Part shown: piece after piece, positions 24,301 to 33,727 of the stretch
How positions within the stretch are numbered: position 1 is the stretch's first letter
How the letters are laid out: the number at the start of each line of letters is the position of its first letter
Assembly (NCBI GenBank): GCA_900320505.1
Contig: ONSL01000001.1
Coordinates: forward strand, 1-57,726
Direction: 5' to 3'
From: an uncultured Eubacteriales bacterium
Lineage (GTDB): Bacteria; Bacillota_I; Bacilli_A; RF39; UBA660
DNA: 57,726 nucleotides
Translations under genes and position numbers: made by a program
Notes under the pieces: model-generated
Databases searched by the model: none
Seen by the model: only the letters and a program-made list of their open reading frames with translations
What the model was told of the DNA's origin: nothing

Positions 24301-25942
24301 GTGAATGTCTTGCATAATTATTATCAAGTGTACGTGAAAGTTCTAGTGTATCAATTACAGTATTTTTAAATGTGCCTAAATTATATTTTTTATAACACAT
24401 TTCAAGAAATGATACATCAAATTTTGCATTGTGAGCAACCATTGGAAGATCTCCAAACCACTTAATAAAGTCTTTAATTGCATCCTCTTCGCATCTTTTA
24501 CCTTCAAGCATATCATCAGTTATATTTGTAACAGCAGTTATTCTCTCTGGTAATTTTCTACCTGGATTTATAAGTTCATCATATTTTTCAATTACCATTC
24601 CTTCTTTAATCTTTACTGCACCAATTTCAATAATACTATCTTCTCCGCCTGCATTAAAGCCTGTTGTTTCAAAATCGAATACAACATATGTATCATCAAG
24701 TAGTTTATCTTTATTTGGTCTTACAACAATATCTACTGAATCGTCAATTAAAGTAAGTTCTGTTCCATATAATGCTTTAAATGGTTCTTCCCCTTCTTTT
24801 AATCCTTTATTGTATTTTGTTACATAGTTAAAAACATGAGGAAATGCTTGACATCCATTATGATCTGTTATTGCAATTGCTTTATGTCCCCATTTAATCG
24901 CTCTTTTAACTAAATCAGTTTCATCTGCAACTCCATCCATCTGACTCATTTTAGTATGTGCATGAAGTTCTACACGTTTTTCAGGATATGTATCTTCTAT
25001 TGTTACATCTTTATGATCGCTCTTCATTATATCTCTAGCATTTAAAACAAGTTCTTTTGAATATTGATCATTTTTAGTATATCCTCTAACTTTTATCCAA
25101 ACTCCTTCTTTTAGTTCTTTAGAAAGACATTTATATTCATCTTTATCACGAGTAAATACCTTGCAATATATACTATCCGTATAGTCAGTTATCTTAAGTG
25201 TTATTATTTTAAAATCACTTTTAGATGATTCAAAATATTCAGTTCCAAATATTTTAGCCTCTACTGTGACGTTATTATCTTCACCAATTACAGTATGTAA
25301 ACTTATTGGATTGTCTTTTATAGTAACACCTAATATACAATCAGGACTTGTCTCTCTTTTTCTAAATCTTCTTAGTTGAGTGTTATTATTGCTATTATTA
25401 TTTTCAGTTTGAGCTATTTTTTCTTTAGGTAAGTCCTTAAAAGATACCTCTGTTACATTTTTAAGTTCTACTTTATCTTTATTTTCTTCAAGTAGTATTT
25501 CATCTTTATATCCCAAACTATTATATATCTTATTTATTCTTTCTATATTACTCTTTAATTTTTCTTCTTCAAATTTGTTGCTATAAAGTATAACTAATTT
25601 ATTATCTTTAATATTAATAGAATTTATAAATAAATTCTTACTTATCTTCTCTTTTAAAATATCAAGTACTACACTAAAATATCTTTTATATAATTCTATA
25701 TCTATATTTTCTACATCAAAAAAGAAATATGCCTTTTTTATTCTTCTATCAAGTATATATATCTTGTCACATAACTCTTTATATACATCTGGTTCAATCA
25801 TATTATCTATTTTAATATAAAGTTCAAGAACACCATCTGTTTTAAAAAGTTTCATTTTTATAAGTTTAGCATTATTAAAAAAGTCATACTTTTCTTTATC
25901 AAAATTTATTTTATCAAGTAATAATTTTATGTTTTTTTCCAT
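21323..25942 (-). CDS. polC: DNA polymerase III PolC-type (alpha subunit with intrinsic exonuclease)
   Basis: 1539 aa. PHP domain HAHTKMSQMDG, DnaQ-type exonuclease FDFETTG...HNAKFD, Zn module CPKCK...CPNCK, and polymerase core. Confidence 0.97.
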   Translation of the reverse strand: MEKNIKLLLDKINFDKEKYDFFNNAKLIKMKLFKTDGVLELYIKIDNMIEPDVYKELCDKIYILDRRIKKAYFFFDVENIDIELYKRYFSVVLDILKEKISKNLFINSINIKDNKLVILYSNKFEEEKLKSNIERINKIYNSLGYKDEILLEENKDKVELKNVTEVSFKDLPKEKIAQTENNNSNNNTQLRRFRKRETSPDCILGVTIKDNPISLHTVIGEDNNVTVEAKIFGTEYFESSKSDFKIITLKITDYTDSIYCKVFTRDKDEYKCLSKELKEGVWIKVRGYTKNDQYSKELVLNARDIMKSDHKDVTIEDTYPEKRVELHAHTKMSQMDGVADETDLVKRAIKWGHKAIAITDHNGCQAFPHVFNYVTKYNKGLKEGEEPFKALYGTELTLIDDSVDIVVRPNKDKLLDDTYVVFDFETTGFNAGGEDSIIEIGAVKIKEGMVIEKYDELINPGRKLPERITAVTNITDDMLEGKRCEEDAIKDFIKWFGDLPMVAHNAKFDVSFLEMCYKKYNLGTFKNTVIDTLELSRTLDNNYARHSLSAIVKRYNVPWDENAHHRGDYDAEGTALVFWKMLEKLNNRNIETMDQLANMVSTDEIYKYGRSYHVNLIAKNKTGLKNLFKIISLANTIYIYKTPRIPRSVLEENREGLLVGSGCYESEVFVQARSKSEDELSNIIRYYDYVEVQPIECYIHLLQTGDFSNNLELSEHLKKIIRTTKEAGKLIVATGDVHHIDREDKIYREIIVNQKVPGGGRHPLARGGIKEIPSNHFRTTDEMMDDFKFLEDEKLAHEIVIDNPNKIADMCDIIEVIPDTGGIPFSPRVKGDDGEYLDCPRVVTDLVMTKAKDWYGDPLPHFIEDRIATELYGDILKNTITENLKAQGIEDEDKIFEELDKYINDGKDKIEDLIREKLRKENPDLDKDALEGLLKKKLGGVIGGGFDPIYLIAQRLVKHSNDEGFLVGSRGSVGSSFVATMMGITEVNPLPAHYRCPKCKRSFFNDDNGESLGTNFSSGFDLPDKDCPNCKIKMIKDGQDMPFATFLGFNADKVPDIDLNFSDLNQASAHAYTKVLFGEDNVYRAGTIGTVADKTAFGFVKGFEEEKGIEGMRTAEIERLAMGCTGVKRTTGQHPGGIVVIPDYKSVYDFTPFQFPADDPTSAWRTTHFDYHAIDQCVLKLDILGHSDPTQLRLIQLQSGTDIMKVPLDDKATMSIFTSTEALGVTNEEIMCDTGTLGIPEFGTPFTIQLVKDTKPKTFGELIKISGLSHGTDVWLGNAQDLIKNNIVPFKEVIGCRDDIMVYLMYHGLEPIKAFKIMEFVRKGRPSKAKKPDDPETWKGYVKDMQDAKIPDWFIGSCAKIKYMFPKAHAAAYVISAFRIAWYKVHMPVYFYTSWYTSKATDVDLDAMIGGYSKVKERIIDIQNKGYEATNKENGQLESLKVALEATARGIVFLNVDLYKSDATVWTPKNDKEIYPPFSAIDGLGDTVAKKIVEERDKAKFLSKEDLAKRGKVSATLIDKMTEMGIIDDLPDSNQLSLF

Positions 25943-25953
25943 AATATGCCCCC

Positions 25954-26766
25954 CTAAAGTATTTCAGAATCATCTATTTTTATAATTTGTGTTACATTTT
26001 TTATACAAAAATCAATAAAACTAAATATATTCATATTCTTCAGTGATTCATTATATGGAAAACTATTTACATTAAATATTATTCCATCTCTTTTCATATA
26101 ATCATAAAACTTATCCTTTGGAACATTCATATACATTAAAAAATATGGATATATTTGTTTTTTTAAACTTGCATATTTACTTTTACCATCTAAATAATGA
26201 CTAACTCCTGATATTCTAGTTGGTATTTCATTTTTTAGTATTAACTCAAGGCATGCATTAACCATATTGCTATTGCTTGCACTTTCAAGTTCACTAAAAA
26301 GTATTTTATATACTAAATTCATAATAAGATTTTCGCTAGTTGATCCATATATTATTATTTTACTTTTATCAACATTAACTATATCAGTAACTTCAAGTTT
26401 TGGATCAACTACATAAACTTTATAGGTATTTAAATTTATTCTTAATAAATCTTTTAAATTTTTGTTAGCAACTTTTTTAACTTCATTCCATTTTTTTATT
26501 AATGTTAACCTGAAATGTTCAACTTCCTTACTCAGTCCTGGATAAAGATCAAGTTCCTTTACAATATTGTATATTGTATCATCATTAGGTATATAATTTT
26601 TAGGATCTTTAAGTATTAATTCTTTGTCACCAAAAAGGGCATTATATTCATTTTTATAATTATACCAAATCTTTTGTTTATTATCATTTAAATTTTTAGA
26701 AATAGATTGTCTAAATAGTAAATTCCATATTAAAATATACTCATTATAAATAAATTCAAAGTCCAT
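25954..26766 (-). CDS. hypothetical protein
   Basis: Intact ORF with an AGGTGG RBS before the ATG at 26766. No family recognised. Confidence 0.55.
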   Translation of the reverse strand: MDFEFIYNEYILIWNLLFRQSISKNLNDNKQKIWYNYKNEYNALFGDKELILKDPKNYIPNDDTIYNIVKELDLYPGLSKEVEHFRLTLIKKWNEVKKVANKNLKDLLRINLNTYKVYVVDPKLEVTDIVNVDKSKIIIYGSTSENLIMNLVYKILFSELESASNSNMVNACLELILKNEIPTRISGVSHYLDGKSKYASLKKQIYPYFLMYMNVPKDKFYDYMKRDGIIFNVNSFPYNESLKNMNIFSFIDFCIKNVTQIIKIDDSEIL

Positions 26767-26836
26767 ATATATACCACCTATTCCTATAAACAAATATATC
26801 ATATTAATAAACTAAATTAAAGAAAATATTTAAAAA

Positions 26837-27565
26837 TTAATCACTTATTTTGCTATCTCCATTTTGATAATTAATAGTAATACCTTTCTCATTATTGTAA
26901 ACATAGACACTAAAAAGAATTCCTTTTCCCTTATCTTCTACACTTTCTGCTTCCATTAAAACTCCGGATGCAAGAAGATTATCACCCTTATAAATTGGTG
27001 TTACTCTATAAAGTACATGATTGTTTGTCTCTTTTACATAATCAGCAACCATATTTTCAAAAGGAAGCATTCCTTTAGTATTCATAGATCTTGTACATGT
27101 TATTAAATTTTTCTCATTTGCATTCTCTCCAGTTAGCTGATAGCCAATTAAATGACATCTATTATATAAGTATTTTCCATCTACAAAATCATATTTTACT
27201 GTATGCCACCCAGTAGGCTTAACCATTCCAATTGAGCCTCTTTTTTCTGTTGGCATTAGATCTTTTCCAATGTTTGAAACAGCAACTCCTGCTCTTCCAA
27301 GATTATCTAGTTCACTATAATTTTCATAAGAATCATTAACAAGATCTTCATCTTTAAAATAAGGTTTATTACCATTTATTGTAACGTATAAATTACCATC
27401 ATATTCTGGAATATTATCTAAAGATATATTACTACTAGTTGCAATTTTCTTATTATCTTCTACCTTTCCATAACTATCTTTTAAATAATAAGATGATATT
27501 GCAATGACTAATACAAATATTGATAATATTAATTTTATTTTTCTCTTAGTCTTTCTCATACTCAA
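26837..27565 (-). CDS. membrane-anchored or secreted DNA/RNA non-specific endonuclease (EndA/NucA-like)
   Basis: N-terminal signal/anchor KLILSIFVLVIAISS. Nuclease motif NRCHLIGYQLTGENANEKNLITCTRSMN. Confidence 0.8.
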   Translation of the reverse strand: MSMRKTKRKIKLILSIFVLVIAISSYYLKDSYGKVEDNKKIATSSNISLDNIPEYDGNLYVTINGNKPYFKDEDLVNDSYENYSELDNLGRAGVAVSNIGKDLMPTEKRGSIGMVKPTGWHTVKYDFVDGKYLYNRCHLIGYQLTGENANEKNLITCTRSMNTKGMLPFENMVADYVKETNNHVLYRVTPIYKGDNLLASGVLMEAESVEDKGKGILFSVYVYNNEKGITINYQNGDSKISD

Positions 27566-27920
27566 ATACTTCCTTTGTTATTTTATCATGACTATTTCCC
27601 CTAAAATCATATGTATCTATTAAACTATATTTTTCTAAATCAATATTTAATCTATTATCATAAGGATAATCTCTATTAAATCTATATATTATTAATGTAT
27701 CTATTTTCTTATCTATATTATCTTCTAAAAAATAAATACCATCATCTAAACTATCAACTATATTATATTTTCTTCCTTTAAATAAATCTTCTGATCTTTT
27801 AAAAATATTTATATTTTCATAATTTTTATATAAATCATCAATTATATTTTTGTCACTTGACACTCTTCTATTATTGAAAGAAAGAGCATCATTATTACCT
27901 ATCATATATACTGCTATCAT
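27546..27920 (-). CDS. hypothetical protein (weak, shortened DHFR-like pattern)
   Basis: 124 aa. The 3' end overlaps the nuclease start by 20 nt. Only faint resemblance to dihydrofolate reductase (MIAVYMIG..., GRKYNIV). Confidence 0.45.
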   Translation of the reverse strand: MIAVYMIGNNDALSFNNRRVSSDKNIIDDLYKNYENINIFKRSEDLFKGRKYNIVDSLDDGIYFLEDNIDKKIDTLIIYRFNRDYPYDNRLNIDLEKYSLIDTYDFRGNSHDKITKEVFEYEKD

Positions 27921-27945
27921 CTTATCATCTCTAAATTATTATATA

Positions 27946-27972
27946 ACAAAAAAAAGAAGTTATCTACTTCTT
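27946..27972 (-). terminator. intrinsic terminator
   Basis: The minus strand forms AAGAAGT-agata-ACTTCTT followed by TTTTTTTT. Confidence 0.5.
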
Positions 27973-27997
27973 TTACACCAATATAAATAAAATTTAA

Positions 27998-28306
27998 TTA
28001 CTTGCTTAACTTTTTTATTTTTCCTTTATCTTTCTCTTCTTTTTTGCTTATTTTTTTCTCCATAAGATAGCAAAGAAGTTCATTAATACAAGTTGTTGAA
28101 ATAAAACCTAAGCCAAGATAGAAAGTTGAATCAAAGAAAGAGTCTGCATCATCTGGGGCATACTTATAATCACTCATATCAGCTTCATATAAAGATGCTG
28201 TAATAAATGAGCTAGAATTTTTTTCTTCACCTGATGTAACATCAACTGTATCAGATGTATGATGTGTTCTAGTTGAAATTGACTTAATCTTTTTTCTATC
28301 TTCCAT
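27998..28306 (-). CDS. hypothetical protein
   Basis: 102-aa ORF downstream of trmD. No family recognised. Confidence 0.45.
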   Translation of the reverse strand: MEDRKKIKSISTRTHHTSDTVDVTSGEEKNSSSFITASLYEADMSDYKYAPDDADSFFDSTFYLGLGFISTTCINELLCYLMEKKISKKEEKDKGKIKKLSK

Positions 28307-28311
28307 AGTTT

Positions 28312-28749
28312 TTATCTACTTCTTCTCTTAGATACTTCCTTAGTACTTTCTTTTTCTTTTACTTCTTCATTAATTTCACTAATAAAAAATTTTAACTTCT
28401 TGCTCATCTTTTCAAGAGTCTTTTTATCAAGATATTTTCTATATTTAGTTTTTACTTCTATTCTAAACTTTTCTATATCATCTATTATTAGTCTAGGATC
28501 AGACCCCTCTCCTTCATCATCTACAAGTTCTTCTGTTATTTTTTTAATTAATTTATTGTATCTTTTTAATACTATTCCCGTAATAAAAGCATTTATAATA
28601 TTAGTATTAGTAAGTGTAATATCATTTATTGTCATATCGTCTATTTTAAATTTGCCTTTTTTAAATGGAAGGCTAAATCCTTCTAGTTTTAAATCAATCT
28701 CTTCTTTTTTATTTTTACTTTTTAAATCTTTATTTACTACATAACTCAT
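28312..28749 (-). CDS. hypothetical Lys/Glu-rich protein
   Basis: 145-aa ORF 8 nt downstream of trmD. No family recognised. Confidence 0.5.
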   Translation of the reverse strand: MSYVVNKDLKSKNKKEEIDLKLEGFSLPFKKGKFKIDDMTINDITLTNTNIINAFITGIVLKRYNKLIKKITEELVDDEGEGSDPRLIIDDIEKFRIEVKTKYRKYLDKKTLEKMSKKLKFFISEINEEVKEKESTKEVSKRRSR

Positions 28750-28757
28750 ATTATCAC

Positions 28758-29426
28758 CTACTTTTCTAATAAATCTTTTCTTCTTGATTTTGTTTTTTCA
28801 AATGCTTCTTTCTTTCTCCACTCATCTATCTTTTTATGATCTCCTGATAAAAGAATGCTAGGTACCTTCATGCCTTCATATTCTTCTGGTCTTGTATATA
28901 CTGGATAATCAAGCATATTATTTGTAAAGCTTTCTGATTCTAAGCTTCCATCACTAATTACTCCAGGAACAAGTCTTGTGATAGAATCAATTAATGCTGC
29001 AGCAGGTATTTCACCACCTGTAAGTACAAAATCTCCAAGTGATATTTCATAATCTGCTAAAGTCCTTATTCTTTCATCGAATCCTTCATAATGACCACAT
29101 ATTATTATTAAATGTTTTTTTAAACTAAAGCTCTTTGCAAAATCTTCATTATATGTTTTTCCATCAGGTGTCATAAGGATAATTGTTGCATCATGCATCT
29201 TGTTTAGATCTTCAACTGCATCAAATATAGGTTGACACATAAGAACCATTCCAGATCCACCACCATATGGTGTATCATCTACTCTCTTCTGAATATTTTT
29301 TGAGTACTTTCTAAAATCAATTAAATTTATCTCAATAAGATTTTTTTCTATCGCTCTTTTTATAATTGATTCTTTTATAAAACCATCTATCATTTCAGGG
29401 AATATTGTAAGTACATCTATCTTCAT
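28758..29426 (-). CDS. trmD: tRNA (guanine37-N1)-methyltransferase
   Basis: MKIDVLTIFPEM start, motif DDTPYGGGSGMV, and GHYEGFDERI. Confidence 0.95.
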   Translation of the reverse strand: MKIDVLTIFPEMIDGFIKESIIKRAIEKNLIEINLIDFRKYSKNIQKRVDDTPYGGGSGMVLMCQPIFDAVEDLNKMHDATIILMTPDGKTYNEDFAKSFSLKKHLIIICGHYEGFDERIRTLADYEISLGDFVLTGGEIPAAALIDSITRLVPGVISDGSLESESFTNNMLDYPVYTRPEEYEGMKVPSILLSGDHKKIDEWRKKEAFEKTKSRRKDLLEK

Positions 29427-29908
29427 CTAATAATTCCTTCTTCTCCATTAATATAAATTATTTTATCTAAATTATCAAGACTTATACTAGGACTTTTCAT
29501 AGTTATTTTAAAATTATCATCGTTATTTCCTATATATAAAATTATATTATTTTTATTTGCATCATTAATATTTTTAACTTTATACTCACTATTATTATAA
29601 ATAACCTTATAGTTTAGTAAATCTTCAAGTATATATTCATCATTACTTAATTTTAAATTATCTTTATTAAAATAAACTTTTTTCCCTTTTAAAAATAAAA
29701 CATCATTAATATCATTATAATCATCAAGTGTTACCATATCAAAATCTTTATGCACTCTATATGATCTAATTATATATTCTTTATCATCTATTAATAACTT
29801 GTTATTTATTTTAAATACCTTATCTTTATGATCAAATGATGATTTGATTCTTAATTCTCCCTTTATTCCGTGTGTACCAACAATAGTTCCAATATATATT
29901 TTTTCCAT
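29423..29908 (-). CDS. rimM: 16S rRNA processing protein RimM
   Basis: GTIVGTHGIKGELRIKS N-terminal barrel. 4-nt overlap with trmD. Confidence 0.85.
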   Translation of the reverse strand: MEKIYIGTIVGTHGIKGELRIKSSFDHKDKVFKINNKLLIDDKEYIIRSYRVHKDFDMVTLDDYNDINDVLFLKGKKVYFNKDNLKLSNDEYILEDLLNYKVIYNNSEYKVKNINDANKNNIILYIGNNDDNFKITMKSPSISLDNLDKIIYINGEEGIIR

Positions 29909-29943
29909 ATAATCACTTCTTTTTTCTAGTATATCAAAAATAT

Positions 29944-29971
29944 AAAAGAAAAGAAACTCTAAAAGAGTTTC
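29944..29971 (-). terminator. intrinsic terminator after the DUF2207 gene
   Basis: The minus strand forms GAAACTC-tttta-GAGTTTC followed by TTTTCTTTT. Confidence 0.55.
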
Positions 29972-29977
29972 AATTAA

Positions 29978-31876
29978 TTACCAGGATGAGCCTCCACCGC
30001 CTCCTGATCCTCCTCCGGAGAAACCTCCTCCAGATGGGCCTGATCCGCCAGATGAAGATGATGGTGCTGAAGAAATTGCACTATTTGACTGTCTCATCAT
30101 ATCATCAAATGAATCCATAAAATCATAGAAGACAAATGAATTATATCCTGTATACCAATTTGGTGCAGCAACATTTATCTCTTCAAATTTCTTTATCCAT
30201 TTATCTGATACCCCAAGTACATAAGTATATGGAAGTATATCATAAAAATACTCTGGATTTTTTTCAACTAACCCCTCTAATTCATCTTTTTCTGCATTCT
30301 CTAGGAAATTTTTAAAGCCTCTTAATTTTCCTAAAGTTTCAAGGCCATATTTTGTTCTTTTTGCACCTTTCATATAAAGACAAGTCATGAATACAAAAAG
30401 TATAAATCCAATTATAGTTTCAATTAAATAAAATGGATCATAAAGTACCGCTGGAAGCGTGATTGTAAGCCAAGGAAAAAGGCAGAACATTGATAAAAAC
30501 ATAATAGATACAGTAATGTAATCTGGATTATCTTTCCTATCAAAAAACATAACAAATATTAGATAGCCAGAAATTGGAAATAACAAATCTATCATTATAT
30601 TTACATTTTCTCCATATGATACAAGTGGTGGAATTGTAAACACACAATATGTAAGTACTGCTAAAACAAGTATAATATTTCTTTTATTCATTGATCCTTT
30701 TTCAAATATTTTTTCTTTGTTTTCCTCTTTATTTATATTTGAAATTATTTTATTTGTTGTTGTATAAAAATTATTACGTAAATCATTTATTGTTACTTCA
30801 TTTTTAGTCTTGAAAAGTCCATCCATAAATGTTTTTTCATTTTCATTTTCACCATCATAATCTTTGACTTTAATTATCTTATAACTCTTTTTGCAAATTT
30901 TTTTCTTTTTCTCTTCTTCTATTTTAATATATCCTTTATTTGCAAGATAAATAAGAAGCGATGTTACGTCTTTTTTTGATGCAGAACCTTTATAAATAAA
31001 TCCAGTCTCTAAACTATTTAATCCTTCCGGAGGATAGAATGACACCTCATCTACTACTAAATCATTTTTTAAGAACTTTTTCCACAAAATAAATGATGCG
31101 AGTGCAAGAATAATAGGAATTATAAATATGAGATATTCAAATAGTGATTTCTTTGCAGCAACAAAATAACCATCTGGAAGAGAAAGTCTTATATTTATGC
31201 CTTCTCCCTTATTAAGAATTCCATTATATGATCCAGTGATAGTTTTACCATCAACATTATATTTTAAAAGACCTTCGTCATATCCTGACGTTCCATATGA
31301 ACCAACTGAGAATCCTGGCACACCATCAAACTTTTTAGGCATATCAATAGTAAATGTTACTTTATCTATTAAAGTATTCCAGTTTGTACCAACTATATTG
31401 TAATAAAATTCATCTTTATCTTTTAATTTATCCATTCCAATACTATATGTATATTTTATTACATATTCTTTTAAACCTGTAACCATATCGTTACTGCTTC
31501 CTATTTTTAATATCATATCATTATTTTCATAAGATACCATATATGGTTCATTTACACTTTCGTGAGTTATTTTTGCACGTACTTTTCTTTCACCATCATC
31601 ACTCATAACTTTATTTGTAAGAGGTAATGTTCTTTTTATTCCATGACGTTCTTCATTAAAATATACATCTATTTTTTCTGTAACATCATATGAGTTGTCC
31701 TCATTAACCTTCATATTAACATCATAGTTCATAATCTCGTATGGTTCATTAGAATGATATATTTTATTTACACAATCTGTAGTTGTACAATGAGAAACCT
31801 CTTCTGCATTGACACTTGGTATAAATAAAAATATTGATATTAATATGAATAATAAAAATTTACTTATCTTTTTCAT
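29978..31876 (-). CDS. DUF2207-family membrane protein with Gly/Ser-rich C-terminus
   Basis: Signal peptide, large extracytoplasmic domain, multi-TM block and the tail SSSGGSGPSGGGFSGGGSGGGGGSSW. The pairing with LemA is typical. Confidence 0.8.
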   Translation of the reverse strand: MKKISKFLLFILISIFLFIPSVNAEEVSHCTTTDCVNKIYHSNEPYEIMNYDVNMKVNEDNSYDVTEKIDVYFNEERHGIKRTLPLTNKVMSDDGERKVRAKITHESVNEPYMVSYENNDMILKIGSSNDMVTGLKEYVIKYTYSIGMDKLKDKDEFYYNIVGTNWNTLIDKVTFTIDMPKKFDGVPGFSVGSYGTSGYDEGLLKYNVDGKTITGSYNGILNKGEGINIRLSLPDGYFVAAKKSLFEYLIFIIPIILALASFILWKKFLKNDLVVDEVSFYPPEGLNSLETGFIYKGSASKKDVTSLLIYLANKGYIKIEEEKKKKICKKSYKIIKVKDYDGENENEKTFMDGLFKTKNEVTINDLRNNFYTTTNKIISNINKEENKEKIFEKGSMNKRNIILVLAVLTYCVFTIPPLVSYGENVNIMIDLLFPISGYLIFVMFFDRKDNPDYITVSIMFLSMFCLFPWLTITLPAVLYDPFYLIETIIGFILFVFMTCLYMKGAKRTKYGLETLGKLRGFKNFLENAEKDELEGLVEKNPEYFYDILPYTYVLGVSDKWIKKFEEINVAAPNWYTGYNSFVFYDFMDSFDDMMRQSNSAISSAPSSSSGGSGPSGGGFSGGGSGGGGGSSW

Positions 31877-32429
31877 TCAAACTCACACTAACCTTTTTTC
31901 TTTCATCATCTGATGCTTCAAACATACTTTTTTCTTTATATCCAAATAATTTTGCAAATATATTGCTAGGAAACATCTCTACTTTATTATTATATATTCT
32001 AATAATAGCATTATAATACTTTCTAGATGATGCAATATCATCTTCTACCTTTACTAAATTTTCACTAAGATTTTTAAAGTTCTCTGATGCCCTTAATTCT
32101 GGATAAGATTCTGCAATTAAAAGAAGTTTATTAATCTCTCCAGTTATATTTTCATTTAGTTTTAATTTTTCATTATCAGATAAATTGTCATAACCTCTTT
32201 CTTTAACTATATTTTCTAGTGTTTCACTTTCATGTTTTGCATAGCCCTTTACTATTTCAACCAAATTTGGTATAAGATCATATCTCTTTTTTAGATAAAC
32301 ATCCATTGTGCTATAAGCTTCTTTAACCTTATTTGTAAGTGTTTTAAGTGAATTATAAGTTGCAATCATATATATAACAATTACTATTATAGCAACTAAA
32401 ACAATACATAATATAACATTTATTATCAT
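31860..32429 (-). CDS. lemA: LemA family protein
   Basis: N-terminal TM helix plus the LemA pattern YNSLKTL...RYDLIPNLVE...RKYYNA. Confidence 0.88.
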   Translation of the reverse strand: MIINVILCIVLVAIIVIVIYMIATYNSLKTLTNKVKEAYSTMDVYLKKRYDLIPNLVEIVKGYAKHESETLENIVKERGYDNLSDNEKLKLNENITGEINKLLLIAESYPELRASENFKNLSENLVKVEDDIASSRKYYNAIIRIYNNKVEMFPSNIFAKLFGYKEKSMFEASDDERKKVSVSLNEKDK

Positions 32430-32507
32430 ACCCTAACATCTCCATTTAATATAAAAATATTTTATCATATTTAATTTGCATATAAAAGTTTTTTTTGCCT
32501 TTTTATC

Positions 32508-32536
32508 TTGTAATATACACCAATTTGATGTATAAT
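32508..32536 (+). promoter_or_regulatory. putative promoter of the sigma factor gene
   Basis: TTGTAA (32508-32513), 17-nt spacer, TATAAT (32531-32536) preceded by TG. GGGGGA RBS. Confidence 0.5.
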
Positions 32537-32563
32537 ATGTGAAGCCAAAGGGGGAATGTAACT

Positions 32564-33727
32564 ATGGAAAATATATACTCTATTTTAAATAAATTAAGTG
32601 AAAAAGAGGTATTTAATAGCGATACTTTATCTGTTTATTCAATTCAGGAATTGTTAAAAGATAAAGAAATAACTGGCATGCTTGATAATTTTTTTAGTGC
32701 CAACCAAAAATTCAATATGGATGATATTGAGAAAATAACTTCTAATAAAAACGTTAGGGATTTTATTGAATTTTATTTAAATGAAAGAGGACTTTTAAAT
32801 GATAATGAGTCTTTAAATATTGATGATGTACATTTATCAAGTCATTATAGAGACTATCTTATTGACATTAGCAAGTACTCTGTTCTTCCAAAAGAAAGAG
32901 AAAAAACTTTGTTTGAAGAATATAATAATACCAAAAGTGCAGCAAGAAAAAAAGAAATAAGGGATGAATTAATAAAGCATAATTTGAGACTTGTTGCACG
33001 TGTTGCAGGAAGTTACAAAGGAATCGGTATTGATATAATGGATTTAATTGAAGATGGTAATCTTGGACTTTTGACTGCAATAGATAAATTTGATGTTACT
33101 AAAGGATATAAATTTTCAACATATGCAATGTGGTGGATTAGACAATCTATTCATAGAAAAGGTAATGATGAAAGTGATTTAATAAGAAAACCTGCTCATT
33201 ACAAAGAAAAATATTTAAAATTTCAAACATTAAAGAAAGATTATTATGATAAATATCATACTGAACTCATAGTTAATGATAGTAATATAGACGATATTGC
33301 TAAAGATTTAGGGAGTAGCCCTGATATGGTTATGCAGTTTATTGGTGAAAGTACACCAGTTAGTTTAAGCACACCTGTTAATTATGAAAATGGTGGCGAA
33401 TCTGTTATTGGAGACTTTATAAGAGATAAAGATACAAATATCGAGGAAAGTGTTGTTCAAAATGAAATATTTAAAGAATTAGTTTCAGCACTTGAAAATA
33501 GTCATCTAACAGATCAAGAAAAAGATATTATTAAGAGAAGATGTGGATTTTTTGGTGAAGAGCAAACTCTTGAAGAGATTGGAGAAGTTTATAATTTAAC
33601 TCGTGAAAGAATAAGACAAATTGAAAATAAAGGTCTTACAAAATTAAGAAGAGACAAAAATATTAGAGGAATTGGAGAATCGCTTGGCGAAGAACAAAAT
33701 CCAAAAGTAAAAGCATTTAGACGTTAA
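32564..33727 (+). CDS. sigA: RNA polymerase sigma-70 family factor, primary-like (SigA/RpoD)
   Basis: Region 2 (NLRLVARVA, DLIEDGNLGLLTAIDKFD, YAMWWIRQSI), region 3, and region 4.2 (TLEEIGEVYNLTRERIRQIENKGLTKLR). Confidence 0.75.
   Translation: MENIYSILNKLSEKEVFNSDTLSVYSIQELLKDKEITGMLDNFFSANQKFNMDDIEKITSNKNVRDFIEFYLNERGLLNDNESLNIDDVHLSSHYRDYLIDISKYSVLPKEREKTLFEEYNNTKSAARKKEIRDELIKHNLRLVARVAGSYKGIGIDIMDLIEDGNLGLLTAIDKFDVTKGYKFSTYAMWWIRQSIHRKGNDESDLIRKPAHYKEKYLKFQTLKKDYYDKYHTELIVNDSNIDDIAKDLGSSPDMVMQFIGESTPVSLSTPVNYENGGESVIGDFIRDKDTNIEESVVQNEIFKELVSALENSHLTDQEKDIIKRRCGFFGEEQTLEEIGEVYNLTRERIRQIENKGLTKLRRDKNIRGIGESLGEEQNPKVKAFRR

Noticed and set aside
21323-25942. An intein or inserted element in PolC, which at 1539 aa is ~100 aa longer than typical
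   Set aside because: I recognised no intein splice-junction blocks. The extra length appears to come from the N-terminal region, including an Asn-rich linker (NNNSNNNTQ). The catalytic domains are contiguous.
27546-27920. Calling the 124-aa ORF a nuclease inhibitor or immunity protein
   Set aside because: The only evidence is adjacency and overlap. I can see no Nin/ComJ or known immunity-family motif, and the weak similarity points to a DHFR-like fold. It is left as hypothetical and listed as a question, not a call.
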